From assembly GCA_963796275.1 (NCBI GenBank), contig CAWCKY010000006.1, positions 512,001 to 576,000 on the forward strand: a stretch of 64,000 nucleotides of DNA. Reading direction: 5' to 3'. The notes beneath the pieces were generated by a model. The model was not told where the DNA came from, searched no databases, and was given only the letters and a program-made list of their open reading frames with translations. A program made the position numbers and the translations under genes. The DNA comes from an uncultured Acidobacteriota bacterium (lineage in GTDB: Bacteria; Acidobacteriota; Blastocatellia; RBC074). Of the stretch, positions 1-9,403 are shown in pieces (position 1 is the first letter of the stretch; every line of letters begins with the position of its first letter).

Positions 1-2
1 CG

Positions 3-3000
3 GAACTGATCATTCAGTCTGATCCTCTGGTTGTTCGTCACATTGAAGAAGTCTCCGACGAAGGTCATATTTATGCGCTCGGTAATCCTGAAGGGATAGT
101 CTGCATGCAGGTCGAATTGCGCGAAGAACGGCGTCCGGCCGAGACTGCCTCGTCCCCCTATTGGAATCTCGCCGGGGCTGAGGTAGACCGGGTGGGCCAG
201 AAATTCGCTGAGCGGGACGCCGGATTCCAGGCGTATTCCGGCGCCGAGGTTCAGTCCCTTGACATACTTGGTGAATCCTCTTTCGCCCAATGCATAGCTT
301 CCATAAATGTTCGCTATGTGGCGGCGTTCGGTGTTGAGCGGGCCGACCGCGAATTGATCGCCCAGCAGGCCGAACTCGCCGGCCGTGAAGTCGAAGAGTG
401 AGCTGATCGCCGGATCTTCCTGGTCATTGTCGTTACGGTAGTGTCCCTCGTAATTTCCCGTGAGCATTGCGTAGCGATAGTTAGCCAGCACTTGCCATCC
501 TGCCGAGAAACGTTTGTTCAATTCAAACTCGATCGCCCGGTAGCTTCGCTCCGGCTGGGGGAAGCCGTCCGCCACTCCATCAGGAATAGGCGCACCCGCC
601 GGCTCACCGTTAACGCCGTTCGCCGCATAACAGATGCCGCCGAGATTGGTGCCGGCGAAATTTGTCACGGTGGGATTGACCAGTTCCGGATCGCACTGAG
701 GTGGCAGATTGATAATACTGTCATCCGGGCCGAAGATGGGATTGAACGTGAATCCGATCGGATTGGTCGCCGCATCGGTATCCGATCTGATGTTGCCGAT
801 AAAATAGGTCTGTCCGAAGAAGTCATTGCTCTCGGGGGAAACAACCGCGGCGTCCTCGATGATACGGCCTATCTTCCGGTCGATATATCTCACCGAAACG
901 AACCAGTTGCGCGGTAGTTGTTGTTCGAAGCCGATCAGGTGCTCGTTCGTGTAGCCGAGTTTGGTTCTGTTCAGGATCGGGTTGCTTGGATTCTGCAGCG
1001 AGATCGAGATGCCGCCGTTCAGATCAGGGTTTACCCCGCCGCTGGCGCCGGTGACCAGATGTTGAGCATCGATGATCGGGATCACCGTGCCGTACTGGTT
1101 GAGCGTGGCGCGGCGGTTACCCTGAGCATCGATAGAGTAATCCGGTATGAACCAGCCGCGGCGGAAATCGGCTTCGGCAGAGAGCGACCGCAGAGCCAGA
1201 TCCAGGGGAATATACTCATGGAAGCGACCGAAGTTGTAATAGAACTTGGTCTTGCCCTTACCAAAAGGATCGACCGTCGCGCCGAAGCGAGGCGACCAGT
1301 TGCCCGAGAAGACATAATTGATCCGGTCGCCGAAGGTGCTGGGGCTGCCGACCAAACGCTCCTGCTCCCATCGATATCCCAGCAGCGCCGTGACGAACCG
1401 GTTGATGCGCCACGTGTCCTGAACGTAGGCGGCGTGATACTTCGACTCGGTTCTGAAACTCGGGTTGCTATACTCGCCCCTGTCCTGTCGCAAGACTACT
1501 GGGACATCGGCCCCGCCGATATTCAGGAGCGGGCAGAGATCGCACCCGCCGTCCAAATCTGTTGCTCTAAACAGCTCCCACTGCGCATTGACTGATTGAC
1601 CGATGGCCGCCGCCGCGGCGGGGCTTCCAATGGTCGGAGAGGTGACCGGCGTTCCATCGACATTTGTCGCCGGTATGGTGAACCTCGGGCCGCTGCGGTC
1701 CCGAGTGCCGGAGAAGAAAGCACGCTGGAAGTTATATCCGACGCCGAAGGTGTGGTTGCCGAAGAAGGAGACCTGTTTCTGGGTGTCGAGCGTGGCGCGG
1801 TAGGTCGTTCCATTCGTCGGCTCGAAGAATCCAAGGCCGATCGCCCTGAAATTCCCGCGCTCGGGCTGTGTGCGATCGATAATCTGGTTGAAGTTGGCGA
1901 AATCGAGTTCGTCGAACTTATTGTGACCCTGGCTGAACGAGGCGCTCACTGTCCAGGTCGGAGTGATCGAGCCGTTGTAACGGGCGGCGATGTTACGCGT
2001 ACCGTAATCGAGCTGGCTGAGAGCCGTCGTGTTATCGATGTTCAGCGTGCTGTGCGCGGTGTTATTGGTCGAGGTCGGGTCGCCGAAGATCGAGAAGTTG
2101 AACTGGTGTGACGGCGTGAGGTTGAAATCGGCCTTGAACGCATAGTTCTTGCTGAAGAAGCTGCGGTGCGTCTCGTTTCCATAGAGGGCCAGCAAGCCCG
2201 AGCCTCCGGCGCCGCGGACGATCTGGCGCTGGATCGAAGGGTTGAATGATCCGAAAAAGAACAGCCGGTCTTTGATTCCCGGGACCGGGCCGCCGACATC
2301 GAAGCCTGCGTCATAATTATCGTTGTGGAGCCACTCTCCGAATTTATTGATTCTGAGATCGTCGGGCTGCCTGCGCAGAGCCTCGAACGCTTGCGGCTGG
2401 AAGTAGCCGTAGACGCTGCCATGGTACTCATTGGTGCCGGACTTGGTGATGATGTTGACGATGCCGCCCTGCGCCTGGCCGTACTGAGGCTCGAAGCCTC
2501 CCGTCTTGACCTGAACCTCTTTGATGTACTGGGTGTTTATACCCACGCCGAGCGTTCCATATGAAACCGAATAGACGCCGAGGCCGCCGAACCCCGAGTC
2601 GGTGATATTCACGCCGTCGGCGATATAGAGGTTGTCGAGCGCCGAAGCACCGGAGATCGACGGGTTCGCGCGCCCGCCCCCAAGGCTGTCCGTGGCGCCG
2701 GGCGCGAGATAAAAGAGGCTCTGTACGTTCCGTTGAACAGGCAGGTTCTGATAGAGCTGATCATTCAGGTTCGCGCCGATGGCGGTGCTCGTCGAATCGA
2801 CGCCCGCCGCGCCGGCCGACACCTCGATGATTGCAGTGATGTCACCTGCCTCCAGAGTAAGTTTGAGTGAAGAGGTCTTTCCGACATAGACCTGAATACT
2901 GGGCACGGAAGTGGTTTTGAAGCCGTCATGCTCAGCTTTGACCGAATAGGTGCCGGGGATCAGGTTCTGGACCTCGAATTCGCCATGTTCGTTGACTGTG

Positions 3001-3200
3001 GCGGCGCGCTTGCCGGTCTCGCCGCTGATCGTCACTTTTGCGCCGGGAATGACCGCGCCGGTCGCATCGGTGACGCGGCCGCTGATGGCGCCTTTCGTCG
3101 CGATGTCTTGCGCAAGGCCTAAGCTGAATGCGCAAGAGATGATCAGGAAAGCGCTCAATAAGAGCTTGCGCCCCGTCCTGTGAATGGTAGGACTTATCAT
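3..3200 (-). CDS. TonB-dependent receptor-like outer-membrane protein (Oar-type, N-terminal carboxypeptidase regulatory-like domain); 3' end runs off the window
   Basis: Not in the ORF track because it has no stop inside the window. Manual translation from ATG 3200 (SD GAGGGG) gives MISPTIHRTGRKLLLSAFLIISCAFSLGLAQ...[17 protein letters not shown], then plug motif EVQVKTGGFEPQYGQAQGGIVNIITKSGTNEYHG. The window start is still in frame (QFDLHADYPF...DFFNVTN). Confidence 0.9.
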   Translation of the reverse strand, partial: MISPTIHRTGRKLLLSAFLIISCAFSLGLAQDIATKGAISGRVTDATGAVIPGAKVTISGETGKRAATVNEHGEFEVQNLIPGTYSVKAEHDGFKTTSVPSIQVYVGKTSSLKLTLEAGDITAIIEVSAGAAGVDSTSTAIGANLNDQLYQNLPVQRNVQSLFYLAPGATDSLGGGRANPSISGASALDNLYIADGVNITDSGFGGLGVYSVSYGTLGVGINTQYIKEVQVKTGGFEPQYGQAQGGIVNIITKSGTNEYHGSVYGYFQPQAFEALRRQPDDLRINKFGEWLHNDNYDAGFDVGGPVPGIKDRLFFFGSFNPSIQRQIVRGAGGSGLLALYGNETHRSFFSKNYAFKADFNLTPSHQFNFSIFGDPTSTNNTAHSTLNIDNTTALSQLDYGTRNIAARYNGSITPTWTVSASFSQGHNKFDELDFANFNQIIDRTQPERGNFRAIGLGFFEPTNGTTYRATLDTQKQVSFFGNHTFGVGYNFQRAFFSGTRDRSGPRFTIPATNVDGTPVTSPTIGSPAAAAAIGQSVNAQWELFRATDLDGGCDLCPLLNIGGADVPVVLRQDRGEYSNPSFRTESKYHAAYVQDTWRINRFVTALLGYRWEQERLVGSPSTFGDRINYVFSGNWSPRFGATVDPFGKGKTKFYYNFGRFHEYIPLDLALRSLSAEADFRRGWFIPDYSIDAQGNRRATLNQYGTVIPIIDAQHLVTGASGGVNPDLNGGISISLQNPSNPILNRTKLGYTNEHLIGFEQQLPRNWFVSVRYIDRKIGRIIEDAAVVSPESNDFFGQTYFIGNIRSDTDAATNPIGFTFNPIFGPDDSIINLPPQCDPELVNPTVTNFAGTNLGGICYAANGVNGEPAGAPIPDGVADGFPQPERSYRAIEFELNKRFSAGWQVLANYRYAMLTGNYEGHYRNDNDQEDPAISSLFDFTAGEFGLLGDQFAVGPLNTERRHIANIYGSYALGERGFTKYVKGLNLGAGIRLESGVPLSEFLAHPVYLSPGEIPIGGRGSLGRTPFFAQFDLHADYPFRITERINMTFVGDFFNVTNNQRIRLNDQF

Positions 3201-3503
3201 AGATTCACCCCTCAATTGAAAGGGATGCCCAACATTAGGTTGAACAACCCAAGCTCGGTTTGATCGGCGAACACGCATTTTCCCGCGTTCGTCGCATTCT
3301 GCTTTTGTAGATTTACAAATGAGCCAGGGTTTGGTGAATCGTAAGATTATTTACCCGACGTCTCTGGAGGTGAATGATCGGTTGCCTAGGGAGTTGACAT
3401 GACTACACCCGTGCCCCTTCCCGCCTCAGATGCTGAAATCACCCAATATCCAAAATAATTGAGATTTGTAATATTGGATATCTCACCAACTCGATTAATT
3501 ATA

Positions 3504-3520
3504 AGCAACCATTATTCCAA
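3504..3520 (-). promoter_or_regulatory. putative sigma54 (-24/-12) promoter for the receptor starting at 3200
   Basis: Minus strand reads TTGGAATAATGGTTGCT = GG-N10-GC; the same motif recurs upstream of four other receptor units. Confidence 0.7.
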
Positions 3521-3713
3521 TCAACAATAGTAATCGGTAGCTGTTTAAATTGCGGTAACATCTCGCTTATTGGATTTCAGAAAAGGCTCGTCTACTGGTA
3601 TGGATTCAAATAAACCAAACAAAATTCATATTCTCGGATTTTTTTGGAAGCGGGTGAAAATAACTTGTCGACGCAAGCAAATTCTATCTTTCGTTGCAAT
3701 CTGGACAAGCCGT

Positions 3714-5132
3714 TCATCGCCGCGGATCGGCAACAGGTGCCGTTCGCCGATACCAGACTATATGATCGCCATCGCCGGGATTATCTGAATAAATCGCAGT
3801 TCGGTAATCAATCGATTTCATCGGACGGGCAATTCGAGTAGTGCATTGTTCGATAACAGAAGTCCACCATCCCGCAACAAGCCTTCGATGTTCGCCAGCG
3901 CCAGGCTCTGCTCGAACACATCGTAGTAGACCAAAATGTTGGTGGCGATGATCAGGTCCAACTCCTGTGGCGCTGCCATACGCTGATAGACGACGTTCAA
4001 ATCAATGGGCGTGACGCGTGCAGCAACTCCTGGCGCAATGCGTACAGCGCGTATCTTCAAATCACTCAAACCGGCCGGCACGGCTGTTGGTGCCGTAGGT
4101 TTGCCGATGAGCGCCGAAGGTTTCCCCGTATTTCTCCAGTTCAGGTTTCCATTTTGTTCGCGGATCATGTGGAAGTTGCACGGTATAGGGCAGGCCGCGT
4201 CGTGCTCGCCGGCACGCCCGCGCCAGGTGATCGAGAACCCGTGGATTGAGGTCGAAAGCTATGAGCTGCAACTCGCCCGTCTTGGCCAGCCCCAGCCGCT
4301 CGAGCGAATCGATCAAAGCGAAAGGCTGAATTGTCGGTTCTGGAAAAATGGTAGCCGTCAGCTTTGTCAGTGAAATCGAGTCCCGGCCCGATGACTCCCT
4401 CTTTGCGCACGCTTCCTGCCGCAATCAGCCCGCGCGATTTCATCGCCTTGAGCGACTCCTCGATCGCAAAATTTGGCGAGAGCGTGGTATCGAGTGAGAG
4501 GCCGCGCTCGCGATAGAGCTTCGAACGTTCTATGAACTCCTCGCTCGCATTGCCACCCGATCGCGCGGCGGCGATGGTCCGCGTGTAGCTCTCCTGTTCC
4601 CTGAGAGTGCGCTGCAGGTTGGCGAGAATGTATTCCCGCAGTCTGGCGCGGCCTTTAGTATCGCCGGGTTGATAGCCCTGCTGTATCACGAGTTTTCGCA
4701 GACTAAGCAGCTGGTCATTGTTGACCGGAACTTTGGGAGCCGCGAAGGCCTTTATCAGATCGCCAATTCTCGCGTTGAGCAGCTTGTCGAAAGCTTCCTG
4801 CGTTTGCGCTTGCTGCCGTTCCGCCAGAACCTGCGACGTCACGCGCGGTTGTTTGGTGAAGGAGACGCCGAAGAGCAGAAAGTTGATCCGCGTATCTTCA
4901 GCGCCGCGCCGTAAGCGCGCGCGCACGGCCTCGTCCCGTGCTTTACCCATTCAGGCCAAACAGCGGCCTGCGCCTCCGCGGGTTTGCCCTTCAATTCAGC
5001 CGGAAGAACCTCATCGAGCGATTGCAGCAGCGGTCGGGCCTCCTCGTAGGTGAGGAATCGGGTTTGAGGCTTTGACTGCTGGAGCGTGGCGATGGCAGCG
5101 GTGAGCGCCAGGGAGAGAAGGGCCTGTGACAA
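3714..5132 (-). pseudogene. frameshifted gene for an exported SAM-dependent methyltransferase-like protein (about 4 frameshifts; pseudogene or consensus error)
   Basis: ORF pieces 4839-5132, 4165-4950, 4062-4424, 3818-4168 and a tail to TGA at 3714 join into one protein: signal-like N-terminus, VIGPGLDF glycine motif, FDLNPRV, DLIIATNILVYYD, LRDGGLLLSN, final MKSIDYRTAIYSDNPGDGDHIVWYRR. Confidence 0.65.
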
Positions 5133-5196
5133 GTCAATCCTAACAGTTGTGGGGAAATGTTTTCTCAGAAAAGATTTGATCTAACTGCATTGAATC

Positions 5197-5230
5197 AAAA
5201 AAGATTGGGGAGGCAAAAAATAGCCTCCCC
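5197..5230 (-). terminator. intrinsic terminator after the receptor at 5258-8686
   Basis: GGGGAGGC/GCCTCCCC stem followed on the minus strand by AATCTTTTTT. Confidence 0.75.
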
Positions 5231-5257
5231 AGTATGCAAGTACAAGTAGCGCAGATG

Positions 5258-8200
5258 CTAAAAGATCAGTTTCAGCGCCATTTGAATGTTACGGTTTCCG
5301 TCCTTCCGAGAGCGAATCACACTCTGCGTGGAGGCGTCCAGCTCATTTCCGAGGATGAAGGCGTTTGCGTGATTGAAGGCGTTGTAGAACTCCGTCCGGA
5401 ATTGCAGCCTGAATCGCTCATTCATCTGGAAGTTCTTGTAAAGCCCCATATCCAAATTCCACGAGCCTGGCCCACGGAATAGATTCCGCCCGATCATATT
5501 CGCGGGATAGGGACCTACTTCGGTGGTGCCGGTGATCGGGTTTGTGTAACTGGCAAACATCCCCCCCAGGTCAAGGTAGGTGAAGGTCCCAGGCGTGTTC
5601 GGATCCTGCGCAGGATTAGCGGATCCCTTTCGCGGAAGATCACCAGCCGCAAATGCACGCGGGCAGGCCGTGATCCCATCGGTGCAATCGAAGAAGGTGA
5701 ACGGCGTGCCGGCTCGTGCCGTGAAGATCGGCGCAATCTCCCAACCGTCGAGGATATGTTTGGTGACGCCCTTCGTCCCTTTTGCAAACGGAACATCCCA
5801 AATACCGCTCACGACGAATCGGTGTCGAATGTCGAAGTCGGCATTACCGCGATCCAGCGCTGGATTGAACGGATCGAGCAGACCTAGGTTGAAGTTATTG
5901 TTTATTTCACTGAAAGTGGAGCTGAGGTTGTCAATTGCGTGGCTCCAGGTGTAGTTGGTCGTCAGCCGCAGCCCGGAGTCGGAGAAATTGTTGATGTTCG
6001 TTCGCACGTTGAACGCATGATAGTCAGAGAACCCCCGACCGGCCCGATTATTGAGGTTCGTGTATCGCGTGGTGCGTAGCCGCGTACCATCCGTGCCGGG
6101 TGTGAACGGATCGCCCAGGTACAGGTTGCCGGATCCTAACCTGTTAGGATCCTCGATCGAGTAGAGCTTCTCGCCCTTCGATCCGGAATAGTCGACCGCT
6201 ACCACTACATTGCGCATTACCTCGCGCTCAAGCGATGCGCTAAAGAGGTAGGCGTAAGCAGTGCGGATATTCGGGTCTACGTTGCGCAGGCTCGTAGGCG
6301 GCAATGGGGTTGTTCCGGAACTGCCCGCCAGCGGACCGGCAACATTGGCCGTGATTGGAATTGTGCCGCCGATGTCTGCCGGGAGCACGGAGACCACCGC
6401 ATAGTTGGGCGGGTTCTGGATTACGTTGAAGGTGACGTTGCCGAAGTTACGCTCATAACCGATGCCGAAACCGCCGCGCAAACTCGTCTTGCCGTCGCCG
6501 AAGACGTCCCAGGCAAAACCAATCCGCGGAGCGAAGTTATTAAAGTCTTTCCTCCACAGTCCCTTGATCGGACTGTTCGGGACAGTGAACACATCGCCGT
6601 TGCGGATGCTCATAAAGACATTATCATCATCAGATGGATAATAGTTCGAATCGAAGTTCGGGTCTTTGCTGTGTTGGACGCCGAAATACTCCCAGCGCAG
6701 CCCCAGGTTGAGCGTCAAGCGCGGCATGACGCGCCACGAATCCTGCCCGTAGAAAGCAAATTCGTGATATCGGTTGCTGCGGCTGAAGTTAGGTTGTGAG
6801 ACCGGCAGCGTGACACTGCAGCTCGGATCCGGCGTCGGGCCGCAAGGGAACTTGCCCTGCGGATCAATCGCCCCCTGGTATCGTGCCAACTGGCCCAATA
6901 GGAAATTGTTCAACCCATCTTGCAATGTGTTGGTGCTTAAACCGGCAGAAGGATCCGAATAAGCGCCGAAGGTGCGGTTATCCCGGATGTAGACATAAGA
7001 GCCGCCGAAACGGAAATTGTGTCTCCCTTTGGTATAACTGATATCCTGGTAGCCTTGGAGAAGGTTTTGCGGTCCGCCAAATGGAATGCCGGAACCAGGG
7101 CTGAAAGGCAAATAGCCTGGCAGCGCCGTCAAATCGCCAAGTACGGCCAGTGGCACCGTATCGCGAAAGAAAAGCGTCGGTACCGGCGCTCCCTGAGGTT
7201 GGAAAGTGTTCAAGCGGTTGAATACGATCTTCGACTGGGAGACGAGTTGTGACGAGATGGTACGCGTCAGCGAGAGTACGAAGCTATTATTGGTAGTATT
7301 CTGGCCAGTATCAAAGCCGACATAAGGGCTGTCGGAGACCGAGCCGTTAAACAATGCTGAGCGCTCCAGCGCGTAACGCCCGTAGAGTTGGGTCTTTTCG
7401 TTGATATTCCAATCCATCCGGCCCACCAGGGTGTAAGTATTCTGCGGATCGCCGCCTCCCGAATCGGACGGGAAGTTATAAGCCAAACGGTTGAAAATTG
7501 GCGTGGTGGGCGTGATGAGAGAATCGCAGGCAGATCCTGTAGCACATGGATCGGAGCCTCCCGGTGCATTGATCAAGTCCTGCCGCGTGATGGTACGGAG
7601 GGTTGTGACCCCAGGCTTAAGCTGTCCGAGCGTGTTGAAGAAATTCTGCGTGGCCGGAGCGGACAGACTAAGTAGTTGCGGCGACGGTACGACTACAAAT
7701 CGCGTGTCGTTGCTGCGCACGCGCAGAAATTCGGTGCTCTGGAAGAAGAGCAGTTTATCCTTGATAGCAGGGCCGCCAAGCGAGTAGCCGAACTGGTTGC
7801 GCGTGTAGACGGTCTTCGCCTGTCCATTGGCGTTGTTCAGGAAGCTGTTGCTATTAAGGTTCGAGTAGCGGCCAAACTGGTATGCCGTACCGTGATACTC
7901 GTTGGTGCCGGACTTGGTCACCACATTGACGACTCCGCCAGAAGCGCGGCCAAATTCCGCCGTGAAGTTGTTGGTGAGGATGCTATATTCCTGCACCGCA
8001 TCGAGCGGAATTGTCTGGCCGACAGTGGTGTCGAACTCATTATTATTGGCCGCGCCATCGAGCAGGATGTTGGTGCCGGCCGCGCGCAGGCCATTGATCG
8101 ACACGCCAGCGCCGCGTTGGTCGCTCGGTCCGCCATCGGAGACGTTGCCCGCCGTGAGCACGAAAGCGTACGGATTACGAGTAACGCTCGGCAGTTCGGT

Positions 8201-8686
8201 GATCTTTTTGCTGTCAATCACCTCGCCGATCGTTTGCGTCTCAGTGTTGACCTGCACGCCCGCGCCGGCTACAACTTCAACCACCGCCTGTGTTGTTCCC
8301 ACTGCTAATTGAATGTCAGCGGTGACTCTTGAGCCTACTGTCACCTGCACGCGCTTTTTGATCGCGGCAAAGCCAGAAGCTTCAATAGTGATCTCGTATA
8401 AGGTGGGCGCCAGATTCGTGACGACATAGTTGCCTTGCGAGTCGGTTGTAGTGCCACGCTCGGCCCTTGTTCCCGTGTTGACAATCGTGACTTTGGCGCC
8501 GGCGATTGCTGCGCCATTGGGATCGGTCACAGACCCGACAATCTGACCCGTCTCGGTTTGCGCCTTGACGATCAGAGGTACAAAGGTGCTGAGCACAGTC
8601 CCTAGCAGCAGACAGATGGCGGTCAGATGCACCGCCTTCAACCGCCCAGAGTTCCATGTATTCAGCTTTGGCCTTGGGATTTTCAT
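5258..8686 (-). CDS. TonB-dependent receptor-like protein (Oar-type)
   Basis: ORF 5258-8713; likely start ATG 8686 after GGAGGTG. Signal peptide, GSVTDPNGAAIAGAKV, plug AEFGRASGGVVNVVTKSGTNEYHG, FYGQDSWR..LTLNLGLRWE, C-terminal ALKLIF. Confidence 0.93.
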   Translation of the reverse strand: MKIPRPKLNTWNSGRLKAVHLTAICLLLGTVLSTFVPLIVKAQTETGQIVGSVTDPNGAAIAGAKVTIVNTGTRAERGTTTDSQGNYVVTNLAPTLYEITIEASGFAAIKKRVQVTVGSRVTADIQLAVGTTQAVVEVVAGAGVQVNTETQTIGEVIDSKKITELPSVTRNPYAFVLTAGNVSDGGPSDQRGAGVSINGLRAAGTNILLDGAANNNEFDTTVGQTIPLDAVQEYSILTNNFTAEFGRASGGVVNVVTKSGTNEYHGTAYQFGRYSNLNSNSFLNNANGQAKTVYTRNQFGYSLGGPAIKDKLLFFQSTEFLRVRSNDTRFVVVPSPQLLSLSAPATQNFFNTLGQLKPGVTTLRTITRQDLINAPGGSDPCATGSACDSLITPTTPIFNRLAYNFPSDSGGGDPQNTYTLVGRMDWNINEKTQLYGRYALERSALFNGSVSDSPYVGFDTGQNTTNNSFVLSLTRTISSQLVSQSKIVFNRLNTFQPQGAPVPTLFFRDTVPLAVLGDLTALPGYLPFSPGSGIPFGGPQNLLQGYQDISYTKGRHNFRFGGSYVYIRDNRTFGAYSDPSAGLSTNTLQDGLNNFLLGQLARYQGAIDPQGKFPCGPTPDPSCSVTLPVSQPNFSRSNRYHEFAFYGQDSWRVMPRLTLNLGLRWEYFGVQHSKDPNFDSNYYPSDDDNVFMSIRNGDVFTVPNSPIKGLWRKDFNNFAPRIGFAWDVFGDGKTSLRGGFGIGYERNFGNVTFNVIQNPPNYAVVSVLPADIGGTIPITANVAGPLAGSSGTTPLPPTSLRNVDPNIRTAYAYLFSASLEREVMRNVVVAVDYSGSKGEKLYSIEDPNRLGSGNLYLGDPFTPGTDGTRLRTTRYTNLNNRAGRGFSDYHAFNVRTNINNFSDSGLRLTTNYTWSHAIDNLSSTFSEINNNFNLGLLDPFNPALDRGNADFDIRHRFVVSGIWDVPFAKGTKGVTKHILDGWEIAPIFTARAGTPFTFFDCTDGITACPRAFAAGDLPRKGSANPAQDPNTPGTFTYLDLGGMFASYTNPITGTTEVGPYPANMIGRNLFRGPGSWNLDMGLYKNFQMNERFRLQFRTEFYNAFNHANAFILGNELDASTQSVIRSRKDGNRNIQMALKLIF

Positions 8687-8857
8687 AGATTCACCTCCAT
8701 TGGGAAGAACCATTTTTTTATCGAGACGACGGTCATTTACCGACCGCGGGTGTTTATCTGATATTCATTGTGGGTTGTTGGATATGAGTTTGTAAGAACT
8801 CAAACATATGATCAACCATCTTTAGATTTTGATGTAATTCAGCTTCGTTGAAAGCTA

Positions 8858-8874
8858 CGCAATTATGATTCCAA
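8858..8874 (-). promoter_or_regulatory. putative sigma54 promoter
   Basis: Minus strand TTGGAATCATAATTGCG (GG-N10-GC), about 173 bp upstream of ATG 8686. Confidence 0.7.
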
Positions 8875-9156
8875 TTAGATTGATGAGTTTCTAAAAATTT
8901 AGTTAAGCGATCCGATGGTAATATTATTTATCGTAAAAAATAATATTATCTATAAAGGGGCGAATGCAAAAATTTTCAATATTGTAATCAGAATCTTGGA
9001 TTGGTTTGCTTATCAGGCCAGATGTTGCTACGAGAAAATGAACTACTTTCCATAATTTCGTATGCACAAGGGAAAAATACTGAAATTTTTATTGCGATCC
9101 AAGCTACAAACTATTGAGTTGAGATGAGCTACCAAATGTGGAAATAACAAACGTCC

Positions 9157-9173
9157 CTGGAATGATGCTTGCG
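9157..9173 (+). promoter_or_regulatory. putative sigma54 promoter
   Basis: CTGGAATGATGCTTGCG (GG-N10-GC), about 230 bp upstream of ATG 9404. Confidence 0.7.
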
Positions 9174-9403
9174 TTTGTTTAAGGTTGTGTAGGTTTCCGA
9201 TTCAATTACAGACTCCTAAAAACAAGATTACACATTGATAGGGGATAGAGGTAAAGAAATCTCACAAACCGCAAGTAAAGCTTGCCATTTCCTACGGCCA
9301 GGTCATCTCTGCCAATTGTTCCGAGTTGTTTGGGTGCCCAGCGAGCGGAAAAGCAAGTTAGTAATGGGATAGATAAGTATTTTAAAGTGAAAGGATAGTT
9401 AAT

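Noticed and set aside
105-3183. Several + strand ORFs (98-225 aa)
   Set aside because: Antisense shadows of the minus-strand receptor 3-3200; no recognisable motifs.
3399-3458. 19-aa + strand ORF (MTTPVPLPASDAEITQYPK) with AGGGAG upstream
   Set aside because: Antisense to the receptor leader and too short to support without conservation data.
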